Counted from the first letter of the stretch, positions 1-9,571 are shown. The stretch: 64,000 nucleotides of DNA from an uncultured Flavobacteriales bacterium (GCA_903873905.1 CAIQQJ010000131.1:22729-86728); one strand, 5' to 3'. Translations and numbers: made by a program. The notes: generated from the sequence alone by a model not told the origin.

Positions 1-185
1 CTACGGTAACAGAATTTGCAGTTGTATCCGTATTGGTAATATAGGTGTCACCAAGGCGTGGAAGATCAGCAGAAGTAATTGTGATTTGCGCTTCCAATGC
101 GGAAGCAAAAAAAACGGCGCAGAAAAGAAAAAATATATTTCTCATTATTTTTTTACTTAAATCACAATTTAAATCTTCTATTCTA

Positions 186-1025
186 TCAAACAGCAACAGC
201 TTTTTTCTCTTGGAGTTTCAAATGTCTAAAACCACCCCATAAAGCAGCTCCAATTGCTCCAGAATAAATTGCATCAGGATGAGTTTTTATTACAAAAGTT
301 TTTCCTGTTTCATCAAGTTGTTCTTGGATTGCCTGCATCATTCCTTTGTTCAAAGCCATTCCACCTGTAAGAATAATTGGTGACTCTGCTTTCAATGAAC
401 TTAGAAGTTTGATAATCCTTCCAGCAATTGACAAGTGAATTCCTTTGATAATATTTGGAGTAGAAATTCCACGCGATACCATGTTGATTACATCCGTTTC
501 AGCAAGTACAGCACAAATTCCAGAAGATATTTCTGGTTCGGCAGCTTGCAAAGAAACTTCACCAACTTCCTCAATAGATAAACCAAGATATCTGGAAATA
601 TTTTCAACAAATTGTCCAGAACCAGATGCACATTGTCCTGTCATTTTATAATCCTGAACACGCGCACCTTCTGCAATTTTGATGGCACGCACATAAAGTG
701 CTCCCATATCTACAACACTTTTTGCATCTGGGAAAAAGTAATTTGCGCCTTTTGCATGCGTGGTCATTCCATAAAAATGTCCGCGTTTGCGTCTTACAAG
801 ATCGCCTTCACCAGTAGAGGCAAGATACGCTACGTCCTCATACTTCAAATTATGTTTAGCAAGCATAGCCACAATCAAATCATCGGCAAGCGTTGTCGGA
901 TTTCTTTTGCGGATTTTTTCCGTTTGCTTATCAATAATTTTTGGATTTGATGAATAGTCAACAAGGACTAACTTGATGAAATTACTTCCAACATCAATTC
1001 CCATTGTAAAAAAAGAATTTTCCAT
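186..1025 (-). CDS. BadF/BadG/BcrA/BcrD-family ASKHA ATPase (small ATP-binding/activator subunit, BcrD/HgdC-like)
   Basis: 279-aa ORF. N-terminal GIDVGS phosphate-1 motif. Paired cluster-bridging Cys motifs (QCASGSGQF and ICAVLAETD) equivalent to HgdC Cys127/Cys166. Size matches BcrD (about 280 aa). Confidence 0.8.
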   Translation of the reverse strand: MENSFFTMGIDVGSNFIKLVLVDYSSNPKIIDKQTEKIRKRNPTTLADDLIVAMLAKHNLKYEDVAYLASTGEGDLVRRKRGHFYGMTTHAKGANYFFPDAKSVVDMGALYVRAIKIAEGARVQDYKMTGQCASGSGQFVENISRYLGLSIEEVGEVSLQAAEPEISSGICAVLAETDVINMVSRGISTPNIIKGIHLSIAGRIIKLLSSLKAESPIILTGGMALNKGMMQAIQEQLDETGKTFVIKTHPDAIYSGAIGAALWGGFRHLKLQEKKAVAV

Positions 1026-1029
1026 AGTT

Positions 1030-2175
1030 TTATTTATTTGTCAGCTCAGGTTTATTTATTGATACAATTTCCTTTTTATAAATTACATTTTTTTTCGCCA
1101 GATAATTCACAACAAACTCAAAACACTTCTCCTCCTCACCAATGAATTCAGGAGGACAAATACCTTTCCTCCAAAACATTCCATCCAAAACCAAATGGGC
1201 GGCGGCAGTGCATGTATAACCAGTGGTGCGCGCCATTGAAGAGGTTTGCGTTTCATCATCAAAACTATCATACAGTGTGTAGGTGATTTTCTGTTCGTTG
1301 TCTTCTACTACAACTCGCATGATGGTAAAATCCTTTTCACCGGGTTTCATTTTCCACTTCGGAAAAAGCAATTTGCTGGTAAGTTCGAGTGGAGTAACAT
1401 TCTGTCCATTTATGACAATTGGTTCTTTACTGAAAAGTCCAGTTTCGCGAAAAATTTTCATCAATTCCACATGACCTGGAAAACGCAAAGTTTTTTCCTT
1501 CATGTTTTTCACATCAGGCATGGTGTGTGCCAATGATCGCAGTCCGTCTGAATTGAAAGACTCCAATTCTCCAGTTTCTGGGAATGAAATTTTCACACAA
1601 TCAGATAAAGCTTCTTTGGTAACTAGTTTTCCATCTTCCACATATCGTGCAGGACGAACATATTCCTCAATGACATCTGCAGGAGAAAAAACCGCTTTGT
1701 ATTCGAAAGGCCATTCACGAACAACAGGAAGTCCTCCTACGAGACATTCGTAACCTGTCAATTTCATTTGTTTGTTATGATATCCTGCAATGATATTACA
1801 CATTCCAGGTGCCACACCACAATCAACAACAACAGTTACATTATTTTTTATCGCAAGTTCATTGAGTAAAAAAGGATCTTCAGGAAAAAAAGAAATGTCG
1901 ACGACATTTTTTCCACATGAAATAATATTTTTCAAAACTTCGAATCCCATAAATCCAGGCACTGCACCAATTACCAAATCAAAGGGTGCAACAAGTTTTT
2001 CCAATTCAACTTTATCAAGAAAATTAATTGGAACAACCTTGATTGGAAATCGTGAAGACAGTTCAGAAAGTGAACTCAAATTCATATCCGCACAAGTAAC
2101 TTCAAACGCTTTGCTTAAATCAATTGCAATAGTTTTTCCAATCAAGCCCGCACCCAAGACAAGCACCTTTTTCAT
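1030..2175 (-). CDS. saccharopine dehydrogenase-family NAD(P)-dependent oxidoreductase
   Basis: 381-aa ORF. N-terminal Rossmann motif VLVLGAGLIGK. Overall saccharopine/carboxynorspermidine-dehydrogenase-like length and layout. A 4-nt gap to the downstream BcrD-like gene implies an operon. Confidence 0.6.
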   Translation of the reverse strand: MKKVLVLGAGLIGKTIAIDLSKAFEVTCADMNLSSLSELSSRFPIKVVPINFLDKVELEKLVAPFDLVIGAVPGFMGFEVLKNIISCGKNVVDISFFPEDPFLLNELAIKNNVTVVVDCGVAPGMCNIIAGYHNKQMKLTGYECLVGGLPVVREWPFEYKAVFSPADVIEEYVRPARYVEDGKLVTKEALSDCVKISFPETGELESFNSDGLRSLAHTMPDVKNMKEKTLRFPGHVELMKIFRETGLFSKEPIVINGQNVTPLELTSKLLFPKWKMKPGEKDFTIMRVVVEDNEQKITYTLYDSFDDETQTSSMARTTGYTCTAAAHLVLDGMFWRKGICPPEFIGEEEKCFEFVVNYLAKKNVIYKKEIVSINKPELTNK

Positions 2176-2358
2176 CTTTTGTCATGTTTTTTCCTGTACC
2201 AAAGTAACACTCAAAGACACTCTCTTCTTATGATCACCGTCATATTTCACATTGAAAAATTTAGAATTCCAGATTAATTTTTAATCGATAAAAAATCCAG
2301 CTTTTCATGGGAGATTTTTTGGAAAAATTCATAAAATAGGCTGATTTTTCGATTGGAA

Positions 2359-3105
2359 TTATTGCTTTTCAACCAAGGGGCCATTTATTGCCAATCTGAC
2401 TTCTTCTTCAAGTTGAGTATGGTCTTCCTTTTTCAAGCCAATTGTCATGATTGGTTTGTGAATAATCACTTCGCTGAAGCCAGGACCCGCTTTTCCTTTG
2501 AACATTCCACCAATTCCAAGACGTTTCCAATTACTCACAAACGTAATGGGAAGAATCGGGATTTGTTTTTGAATGGCAATTGCAAATGCGCCAGGCTTGA
2601 ATGGTCCAAGATTCGGTGGATCTTTTGGTCGGGTGCCTTCTGCAAATATCATGAGTGGAATTCCATTATCAATTTCCTGCGACATTCTTTTGATTGCTTT
2701 GAAAGAACCCGCTGTGCTACTTCTATCGACCATGATATTCATTCCAGATGTATAAAAAATATGGAAGAGTGGCCATTTTTCAATTTCCTTTTTTCCCACA
2801 AAAACAAAATATCTGTTGAACAATCGGTAGAGGCAAAATGCATCCATGAAAGAAGTGTGGTTCGGGCAAATGATAAATGATCCTGTTGCGGGAATATTTT
2901 CTTTTCCTTTTACTTTCATGATTATTCCAGCAAAAGCCACCAACAAAAATGCATGGAATTTCATCACGCTAAAGGCTGTCGGAAAACGTTTTGGATTTCG
3001 GAATAAATAAAAGTAGAGCGGAAACATTACCAGCATTACGATTGAAAAAAACAGCAGGTAATAAATTTTGAATATTATCCGAAATGGCGCAAGTAAATAA
3101 TCCAT
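2359..3105 (-). CDS. lysophospholipid (1-acyl-sn-glycerol-3-phosphate) acyltransferase, PlsC family
   Basis: 248-aa ORF. N-terminal TM segment. HX4D block PNHTSFMDAF and FAEGTR block are the diagnostic PlsC motifs. Confidence 0.8.
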   Translation of the reverse strand: MDYLLAPFRIIFKIYYLLFFSIVMLVMFPLYFYLFRNPKRFPTAFSVMKFHAFLLVAFAGIIMKVKGKENIPATGSFIICPNHTSFMDAFCLYRLFNRYFVFVGKKEIEKWPLFHIFYTSGMNIMVDRSSTAGSFKAIKRMSQEIDNGIPLMIFAEGTRPKDPPNLGPFKPGAFAIAIQKQIPILPITFVSNWKRLGIGGMFKGKAGPGFSEVIIHKPIMTIGLKKEDHTQLEEEVRLAINGPLVEKQ

Positions 3106-3160
3106 GACAATCAGGTTCCCTCAATTTTTGACAGCAAAAAAAATGGCAAATAAATAATTA

Positions 3161-4024
3161 TTAAAAAACACTTTTACCATTTTTCATTCCATAAACATGC
3201 TCTTTCACTTTTTGTGCCCACTGCTGGTCGGTATTTTCCTTCGTGAATTTCTCGTATGAAATTGGTGATCCAACAGTTATTTTTATTGCTTTACCTTTTT
3301 GTTTGTACGTTTCATTCACGAGGTAAAACATTTCAATGTTTGCTTTAATCCCCATTGTTTTCCTGAATCGCGCCAGGTTATAAAAAAAGCCACTGTTCTG
3401 CGCATCGATATATACTGGAATTACATCGTGTTTATATTTTATTGCTTTGGTCACAAAACTTTTCTTCCATTCAAGATCTTCGATTTTTCCATTTTGCTTT
3501 CTTGAAACCAAACCTGCTGGAAAAACAATTGTGCAACCTTCAGAAGCATACGATTGGTCTATTTGCGCAATACTCACAGCTGCATTCTTTCCATGCTTGT
3601 TCACAGGAATCATCAGGCTCGCCATGTTTTCAAGATTCATCAAAATGTCATTGACGATTGCCTTCTGATCTGTTCTCCTCTTCCCTACTTCACACATCAG
3701 TGCAATTCCATCGATACCACCAAGAGGATGATTTGCAACAATGATCAGTCCACCTTCTTTCGGAATATTTTCTAAGCCTTCGCTGATCAACACTACTCCA
3801 AAATCTAGAATAGCTGCATCAATGAATTTGTGGTCCATTACATCCTTTGTACGTAACAGAAAATCATTGAATTCATCTTGATGAACAATGCGCTTCATGT
3901 ATGACAATAGGAAACGCGGTAGCCATTTCAGAAGACGCGGATTTTTTCCTCTGATTACTTTTTCAAGATCAATTTGTATTACTTCCCTCGATTTGCTCAC
4001 TTGAAGAATATCATTTTTTTGCAA
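3161..4024 (-). CDS. acyltransferase, divergent PlsC-like lysophospholipid acyltransferase family
   Basis: 287-aa ORF. VANHPLGGIDG block resembles the HX4-5D acyltransferase motif. Later FPAG block. Sits directly upstream of, and co-oriented with, the PlsC gene, like olsB-olsA / glsB-glsA aminolipid pairs. Confidence 0.55.
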   Translation of the reverse strand: MQKNDILQVSKSREVIQIDLEKVIRGKNPRLLKWLPRFLLSYMKRIVHQDEFNDFLLRTKDVMDHKFIDAAILDFGVVLISEGLENIPKEGGLIIVANHPLGGIDGIALMCEVGKRRTDQKAIVNDILMNLENMASLMIPVNKHGKNAAVSIAQIDQSYASEGCTIVFPAGLVSRKQNGKIEDLEWKKSFVTKAIKYKHDVIPVYIDAQNSGFFYNLARFRKTMGIKANIEMFYLVNETYKQKGKAIKITVGSPISYEKFTKENTDQQWAQKVKEHVYGMKNGKSVF

Positions 4025-4098
4025 AAATATTATATCTCCAATAGTAATTGAAGTCTATTGAAAAAACTATGAGGAAATGGAGTGCCTGGATTTTAAGT

Positions 4099-5517
4099 TC
4101 AGGCTACTTCCTTATTCTTCTTCGCCGAAGGTAGATCAACTTTGATATTTCTTCTGGCAAACATTGCTCCACCTAAAGCGCCCATGAAAATGGAATCGGT
4201 ATGGATATTGATTTTTATTCCGTCTCCATAATTTTCCTTCACAAGTTGTCCGAGGTATTTGATAACTGCTGGATTACGAGCAACACCACCTGTGAAAGTA
4301 AATTCGTTGAACACACCACCTGAACGAGCGATTAATGACATAGCCCGCATGATGATCGCTTTGTGCAAACCACCTAAAATATCTTCTCTCTTTTCTCCAA
4401 GGTTTGTCAATTCGCGCAATTCGGCACCAGCAAAAACTGTACAAGTAGAACAGATTGTAACCTCTTTTTCTGCTTGCATCGCCATTGGTCCAAGTTCATT
4501 GAGTGAAATACTCATTTCATCAGCGATGTAACCAAGATATCTTCCGCAACCGGCAGCACAACGATCATTCATTTGGAAACTGGTAACAAGACCATATTTA
4601 TCCACTTGAATTGCTTTGGTGTCTTGTCCGCCAATGTCAAGAACAGTTCTTGTATCAGGGAAAACAGCGTGTGCACCGAAAGCGTGACACAGAATTTCGG
4701 AACGAATGCAATCTTCAGGGAAAGGAAGAAGAGCGCGACCATATCCTGTTCCAGTCATGTTGGTAATATTGAAATCCATCATTGCAACATCATCAATGTG
4801 TTGACGAAGTGAATCTGAAATATTTTCAACTTTTCCTTTCAATAAATTTATTTCTGCATCAAAGTTTACGCTAACATTTTCTGCTGCGGTCTCTGTAAGC
4901 GTATTGTATTTTTCTTTCAAACGATCCATTGATTTATGAATCAATTCAATGAAATCAAAATCAACAGAAATGTTTTCAGCAGGGGTGATACTTTTATCCC
5001 ACACGGTCATCAACGACTCGAATAATTCAGGCCCCAATTTCGCAACTTCTTCATTGTATTTTTCAGAAACAATATCGCGGAAGAATTGATTTTTGCTTCC
5101 AAGATTACCAAACAGATATTCATTCTTAATCCTTGGCTTCATTGATTTACGAATGGCGCGCAAAGCTTCCAAAATAGTATCCTGCATTTCAGGTTTGATA
5201 TAACTCTTGGTAGTTTTTAAAAGCTCCTCACCAAGTTTGTCAATACGAATTCTGAATTGCTCGTATTGAAAAGCATTTTCCAAATCAGAAATATATTTTC
5301 TGTATTCAGGATTAGCTTCCATTTCCTTTTCAAGATTCCTCTTTAGAATGGAAAAGCGTGCATTGTAAACGGCTTCAGCACGAGCAATATCAGCAGCGAC
5401 AGCGTAATTCGCTCTGGTATTTGTAATTCCACGGCCGATGATTTCATCATTCTCATTGATGATTACCGCCTTCGAAGTTGTTGATCCAAGGTCAACACCT
5501 AAATAATATTTATGCAT
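4099..5517 (-). CDS. BadF/BadG/BcrA/BcrD-family ASKHA ATPase (large ATP-binding subunit, BcrA/BadF-like)
   Basis: 472-aa ORF. LGVDLGSTTSK phosphate-1 motif, DIGGQDTK phosphate-2 motif. Cluster-bridging Cys motifs RCAAGCGRYLG and CSTCTVFAGAE. Long inserted helical domain as in BcrA. Confidence 0.8.
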   Translation of the reverse strand: MHKYYLGVDLGSTTSKAVIINENDEIIGRGITNTRANYAVAADIARAEAVYNARFSILKRNLEKEMEANPEYRKYISDLENAFQYEQFRIRIDKLGEELLKTTKSYIKPEMQDTILEALRAIRKSMKPRIKNEYLFGNLGSKNQFFRDIVSEKYNEEVAKLGPELFESLMTVWDKSITPAENISVDFDFIELIHKSMDRLKEKYNTLTETAAENVSVNFDAEINLLKGKVENISDSLRQHIDDVAMMDFNITNMTGTGYGRALLPFPEDCIRSEILCHAFGAHAVFPDTRTVLDIGGQDTKAIQVDKYGLVTSFQMNDRCAAGCGRYLGYIADEMSISLNELGPMAMQAEKEVTICSTCTVFAGAELRELTNLGEKREDILGGLHKAIIMRAMSLIARSGGVFNEFTFTGGVARNPAVIKYLGQLVKENYGDGIKINIHTDSIFMGALGGAMFARRNIKVDLPSAKKNKEVA

Positions 5518-5536
5518 GTTGTTTACTTTTCAAATA

Positions 5537-6841
5537 TTAAACTGTAGCACCTTCTTCTTGTGACATGATGATTTTTCTTTGTTCCAACATTTGGAAATAA
5601 GACTCCAAACGATTCTTGATATTCGCATAGGAGAAATAACGCGGATCAACAAGATCAGATTCTACGAATCCAACTGGCACACCTGAACGCTGTTCAATTT
5701 CTCGCATGATCATCAATTGACCTGCCGAGAATGAATTGCAACTCTTGATTGAATTGATCAAAAAACCATCTGCTTTATATTCTTTTACATAATCAGCCAA
5801 AAGATTTACACGTTGTGGAAGATTCAAATTCGTGTAACAGCCCATGCAATATTTTGCAAGACTCTCCAATGGTTGTTTTGGATCGTGACGGAATCCCATA
5901 TCATAAACTCCACCCACTTTTGTGTAAGATGATGCCACAATTACGGCGCCCATGTCATAAAATATTTTCCAGAATTCGCGGAAGTTGGTCCAGTTTGGAG
6001 GTCCTTCAACTACCAAACGGAATTTTTCTTCTTTGATTTCCCCTTCTGGCGTTACAGGGCCAAGACCGAGTCGCATTCTTTCCTGTACCTCTTTCCAAAG
6101 CTCTTCATAATAATCAACCGCTTCTTGTGTACCACGGAATGCGGTGAAAATTGGTCCGATATAATATACACCAGCGAAATAAGCATCGATTGGTGAAGGA
6201 ACATGTTTCGCACTTTCAAGAATTTTCACAAGAAGATCTTCAGCCTTCGCTGAATTTTCCATCATTTTGGAAAGACGAACCTGGTCATATTTTTTACCAG
6301 ATACCATTTCCATTTTCGGAATAACATCCTCGTTCATTTGCTTCACCATGTATTCTATTTGATCCGTTGTAATTTGTCCATCTTCCTGATAAGGAGTATG
6401 AAGCATTGCAACAGGAACACCTGGATACAACCGTTCAAGATTTTCAAACCATTTCAAGAATGTAAAACATCCTGTGTAACTCAACAGCAACAAATCTGGA
6501 GCTGGAAGTTTTTCACCTGTAGGTCCGACGTTGCCATTCAACATCATTCCGATATCACACTTTACATAAGTGCAAACATCTTCAGAGAATCCAATTTTTT
6601 CAGCATCCTTGATATAGGCCGCTGATTTTTTTCTCATACCTGATTGTAGTGCATTGATTTCTGGATATACGGGAAGCATATCGAATGAAAGAATCAATTC
6701 GGTAAGATTACCTGGTACAAAAGTATAAACCACTTTTTTTCCAAGTTCTTTCGCTTTACCTAAATCTTGAAATTGTTTTGCAAGCATGTCCTTCTGAAGG
6801 ACCATACTTTTTTCTTTTATTGCATCTTGCGGATTAGCCAT
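5537..6841 (-). CDS. benzoyl-CoA reductase / 2-hydroxyacyl-CoA dehydratase family subunit (BcrB/HgdA-B-like)
   Basis: 434-aa ORF with the overall profile of the HgdA/HgdB/BcrB/BcrC superfamily (conserved Cys-containing segments). A 20-nt gap to flanking genes implies an operon. Confidence 0.7.
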   Translation of the reverse strand: MANPQDAIKEKSMVLQKDMLAKQFQDLGKAKELGKKVVYTFVPGNLTELILSFDMLPVYPEINALQSGMRKKSAAYIKDAEKIGFSEDVCTYVKCDIGMMLNGNVGPTGEKLPAPDLLLLSYTGCFTFLKWFENLERLYPGVPVAMLHTPYQEDGQITTDQIEYMVKQMNEDVIPKMEMVSGKKYDQVRLSKMMENSAKAEDLLVKILESAKHVPSPIDAYFAGVYYIGPIFTAFRGTQEAVDYYEELWKEVQERMRLGLGPVTPEGEIKEEKFRLVVEGPPNWTNFREFWKIFYDMGAVIVASSYTKVGGVYDMGFRHDPKQPLESLAKYCMGCYTNLNLPQRVNLLADYVKEYKADGFLINSIKSCNSFSAGQLMIMREIEQRSGVPVGFVESDLVDPRYFSYANIKNRLESYFQMLEQRKIIMSQEEGATV

Positions 6842-6861
6842 TGTAAACTATTTTTTTTGGT

Positions 6862-8025
6862 TTAGGCCCAGAGTTTAATTGAATCAGAAAAAGTTCCGGC
6901 TTGTTCCTTGATGACTTTGAATTGTCCGGTATTTTCGTGGAATTGAAAATTGATGTGAGCAAGTCCTGCTGCATCACATTCTTTTTGCATTTCTGGACGA
7001 TCCAACAATGCTGGATCACAGAAACTAGCTGCGCAGAAAATCACTCCGTCGGCATTACACGCTTCTGCAAGTTTCACCAAACGTTTTCCTTTTGGATTGC
7101 CTACATCATAATAAGCCGATGAAAAAGTACTTTGATTAATGTAAGCCAAAGCCAATGTTTCAAGAGGATTAGCAGTTGTATCGTCAATATCGCCTTGAAT
7201 CCAACGTGAGCCAAGCATCAAGTCATCTTCAACGATATAGCAACCTGCCATTTCAATTGATTTTATCATTCCAATTGGCGGTTGTTCACAGAAAGAACCA
7301 GAAATCACAACACGGATATTATCCATCGGTTCTCCACGCTCTATACTGATTACATCAATAACTTGTTGTAGAATTTTATTGTGCTGCTCTACAGGAATTG
7401 CAAGTCCTGCACGAAGAACATAATACGTATCAACTGCAGATAATCTCCAAGGGAATTCCTGTCTGATTTTATAAATCGCTTCGATCAAACGACGGTTAAT
7501 ATTATAAAGTCCGATTGCTTTATTAATTGCATCAACCGTTACTTTCACACCATTGACTTTGAACATATCGTCAATGATTTTTTCCATTTCCTGTTTGTAA
7601 AAAGTTCCGCCAATTTTTGGATCAAAATTTTGCGGATAATCGAAATAGCGTTGGAAGTTCCCTTTTTTAGAAAGTTTGAACATGCCAGAAAGATTTCTAA
7701 CACAATCGCAAATTGCAGGGAAAAGAAAACCATCAAAATCATTCAGGTTTTTATCCAAAGCCATTTCTATGATGCCACGTGGGAGATGGCATATGTAGGA
7801 TTGATAATAGGCATCACCCTTAATGATTTGTTTTCGATCACCGGCTCCCATAATTCCAACCGGTAATGCCTTGGCGGCGTGCATAATTTCCCGTGGTACA
7901 TAGATTGGCAAATAACCAACAATCATACGATCAGGAGAATCAGCTTTCCATTTTTTTGCTACTTCAAAGTTCAGGTCAAAAGCAAGTGCTTCACATTCTT
8001 TCAGCAGCTGATCAAGCTTATCCAT
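6862..8025 (-). CDS. benzoyl-CoA reductase / 2-hydroxyacyl-CoA dehydratase family subunit (BcrC/BadD-like)
   Basis: 387-aa ORF, HgdB/BcrC-like. It is the first gene of the minus-strand operon; the length matches BcrC (about 386 aa). Confidence 0.7.
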   Translation of the reverse strand: MDKLDQLLKECEALAFDLNFEVAKKWKADSPDRMIVGYLPIYVPREIMHAAKALPVGIMGAGDRKQIIKGDAYYQSYICHLPRGIIEMALDKNLNDFDGFLFPAICDCVRNLSGMFKLSKKGNFQRYFDYPQNFDPKIGGTFYKQEMEKIIDDMFKVNGVKVTVDAINKAIGLYNINRRLIEAIYKIRQEFPWRLSAVDTYYVLRAGLAIPVEQHNKILQQVIDVISIERGEPMDNIRVVISGSFCEQPPIGMIKSIEMAGCYIVEDDLMLGSRWIQGDIDDTTANPLETLALAYINQSTFSSAYYDVGNPKGKRLVKLAEACNADGVIFCAASFCDPALLDRPEMQKECDAAGLAHINFQFHENTGQFKVIKEQAGTFSDSIKLWA

Positions 8026-8187
8026 TTTTCAGAGATATTAATTCCTTTTTATCCTTTTATGGTATCTTAAAATACCAAATTCCACTTTTTTGTGTAACAA
8101 AGTAATCTCCAAATGTCATGATCCACTATGACCTACATCATATTTTAATCATTTCGCTGAAATTAGGTTTACCACAGAAAAATTCAA

Positions 8188-8793
8188 ATGAAACAAGCTA
8201 CTAGTGCTGTGGTTCTTGCGGGTGGAAAATCGGAAAGAATGGGATGCCCAAAACCCTATTTGGACTTTCAGGGCAAGACCTTTATCGAAAAAATCATTGA
8301 AACCTATAAATTGGCGGATGTTGAAAATATTACTGTCGTTTTCAACAAAAACTACATACTTCCAATTTGGAAAAAGCTGTTGAACCATCTAAAATCTGAA
8401 GCAAGGATAATTGTCAACGATAATTCAACTGCTGGCAGATTTCATTCGCTCAAACTCGGATTGGACAACATCACTGAAACAGATTATTGTTTCATACAAA
8501 ATGTCGATAATCCGTTTGTCAGTCCGAGTTTAATAAATACCTTATATGAAAATAAAATCCCAGATGCCTACACTGTTCCTGTTCATGAAAATCATGGTGG
8601 GCATCCGATTCTTATTTCCAAATCAATCATCGATCATATTCGTAAAATTGAAAAATCAGAACTTACATTAAGGGAAATCCTTTCAAATTTCAAACGCAAT
8701 GAAGTGGTTGTAAACGATCCGTCTATTTTGTTCAATATTAATACACCAGAAGATTACAAAAAGTATTCTCTTAACAGCGGATTTTTTCTTTGA
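8188..8793 (+). CDS. molybdenum cofactor nucleotidyltransferase (MobA/MocA family; probably a cytidylyltransferase, given the XdhC and MOP-type enzyme nearby)
   Basis: 201-aa ORF. N-terminal LAGGKSERMG NTP-transferase motif typical of MobA/MocA. Confidence 0.7.
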   Translation: MKQATSAVVLAGGKSERMGCPKPYLDFQGKTFIEKIIETYKLADVENITVVFNKNYILPIWKKLLNHLKSEARIIVNDNSTAGRFHSLKLGLDNITETDYCFIQNVDNPFVSPSLINTLYENKIPDAYTVPVHENHGGHPILISKSIIDHIRKIEKSELTLREILSNFKRNEVVVNDPSILFNINTPEDYKKYSLNSGFFL

Positions 8794-8797
8794 AGCC

Positions 8798-9571
8798 ATG
8801 GAAAATATTTATGACGTGTTGTTGGAAATTCAAAAAGGCAGACGAAAGGCTGCTGTGTGCACCATAGTTCAAACAAAAGGATCTGCTCCCGCAAAAACTG
8901 GAAGCAAAATGATTGTTTATGAGGACAGCAAAATCTGGGGGACAATTGGTGGCGGAAGTCTTGAAAAAAAAGTAATTGAAAATGCAATTGCCGTGATGAC
9001 AAGTGGAAAACCAAATCTGTTTCGTCATGATTTATTGCATCAACATAACATGTGCTGTGGTGGCACCGTTGATATTTTTATTGAGCCAATTATGAAAAAA
9101 AACAAACTCTACATTTTTGGCGCGGGTCATACGGGAGTTGCGCTTGCTAAATTTGCACAACATTTCGGTTTTGAAATTGTCATTATTGATGATCGAAAAG
9201 AATATCTGGATGAAATAAAAATTCCAGAAGTAAATAAAATGAATCTTTCGCACCAAGAAGCCTTACGTGTTTTGCCTTTCGATGAACAGACTTATATCTG
9301 TATCATGACTTACAGTCATCCAATTGACAGGGAAATTTTGGCCTATTGTGTCAACAAGCCCTTCGCTTACCTTGGAATGATCGGAAGCGAACGGAAAGTT
9401 GAAATGACAAAAAAAATGTTCAGTGAAGGACTGAATATTTCCGAAGAAAAACTTTTTGCAATTGATATGCCAATGGGAATTGATATTCTTGCAGAAACTC
9501 CAGATGAAATTGCCATTAGCATTCTTTCAAAATTAATTTCAGTCAAAAATAAAGTCACACATGAAAAATAA
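8798..9571 (+). CDS. xdhC: XdhC/CoxI-family molybdenum cofactor insertion chaperone
   Basis: 257-aa ORF. XdhC_CoxI N-domain and a C-terminal Rossmann-like domain (IFGAGHTGVALAKFA). A 5-nt gap from the mocA-like gene. Confidence 0.75.
   Translation: MENIYDVLLEIQKGRRKAAVCTIVQTKGSAPAKTGSKMIVYEDSKIWGTIGGGSLEKKVIENAIAVMTSGKPNLFRHDLLHQHNMCCGGTVDIFIEPIMKKNKLYIFGAGHTGVALAKFAQHFGFEIVIIDDRKEYLDEIKIPEVNKMNLSHQEALRVLPFDEQTYICIMTYSHPIDREILAYCVNKPFAYLGMIGSERKVEMTKKMFSEGLNISEEKLFAIDMPMGIDILAETPDEIAISILSKLISVKNKVTHEK

Noticed and set aside
186-8025. Flexirubin / aryl-polyene biosynthetic gene cluster. The reason to consider it: acyltransferases and an SDR lie near an aryl-CoA-type reductase.
   Set aside because: No ketosynthase, acyl carrier protein, DarA/DarB, ammonia-lyase or MMPL/LolA export genes occur in the window. 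The possible lipid-tailoring role is kept only as a hypothesis in the findings.
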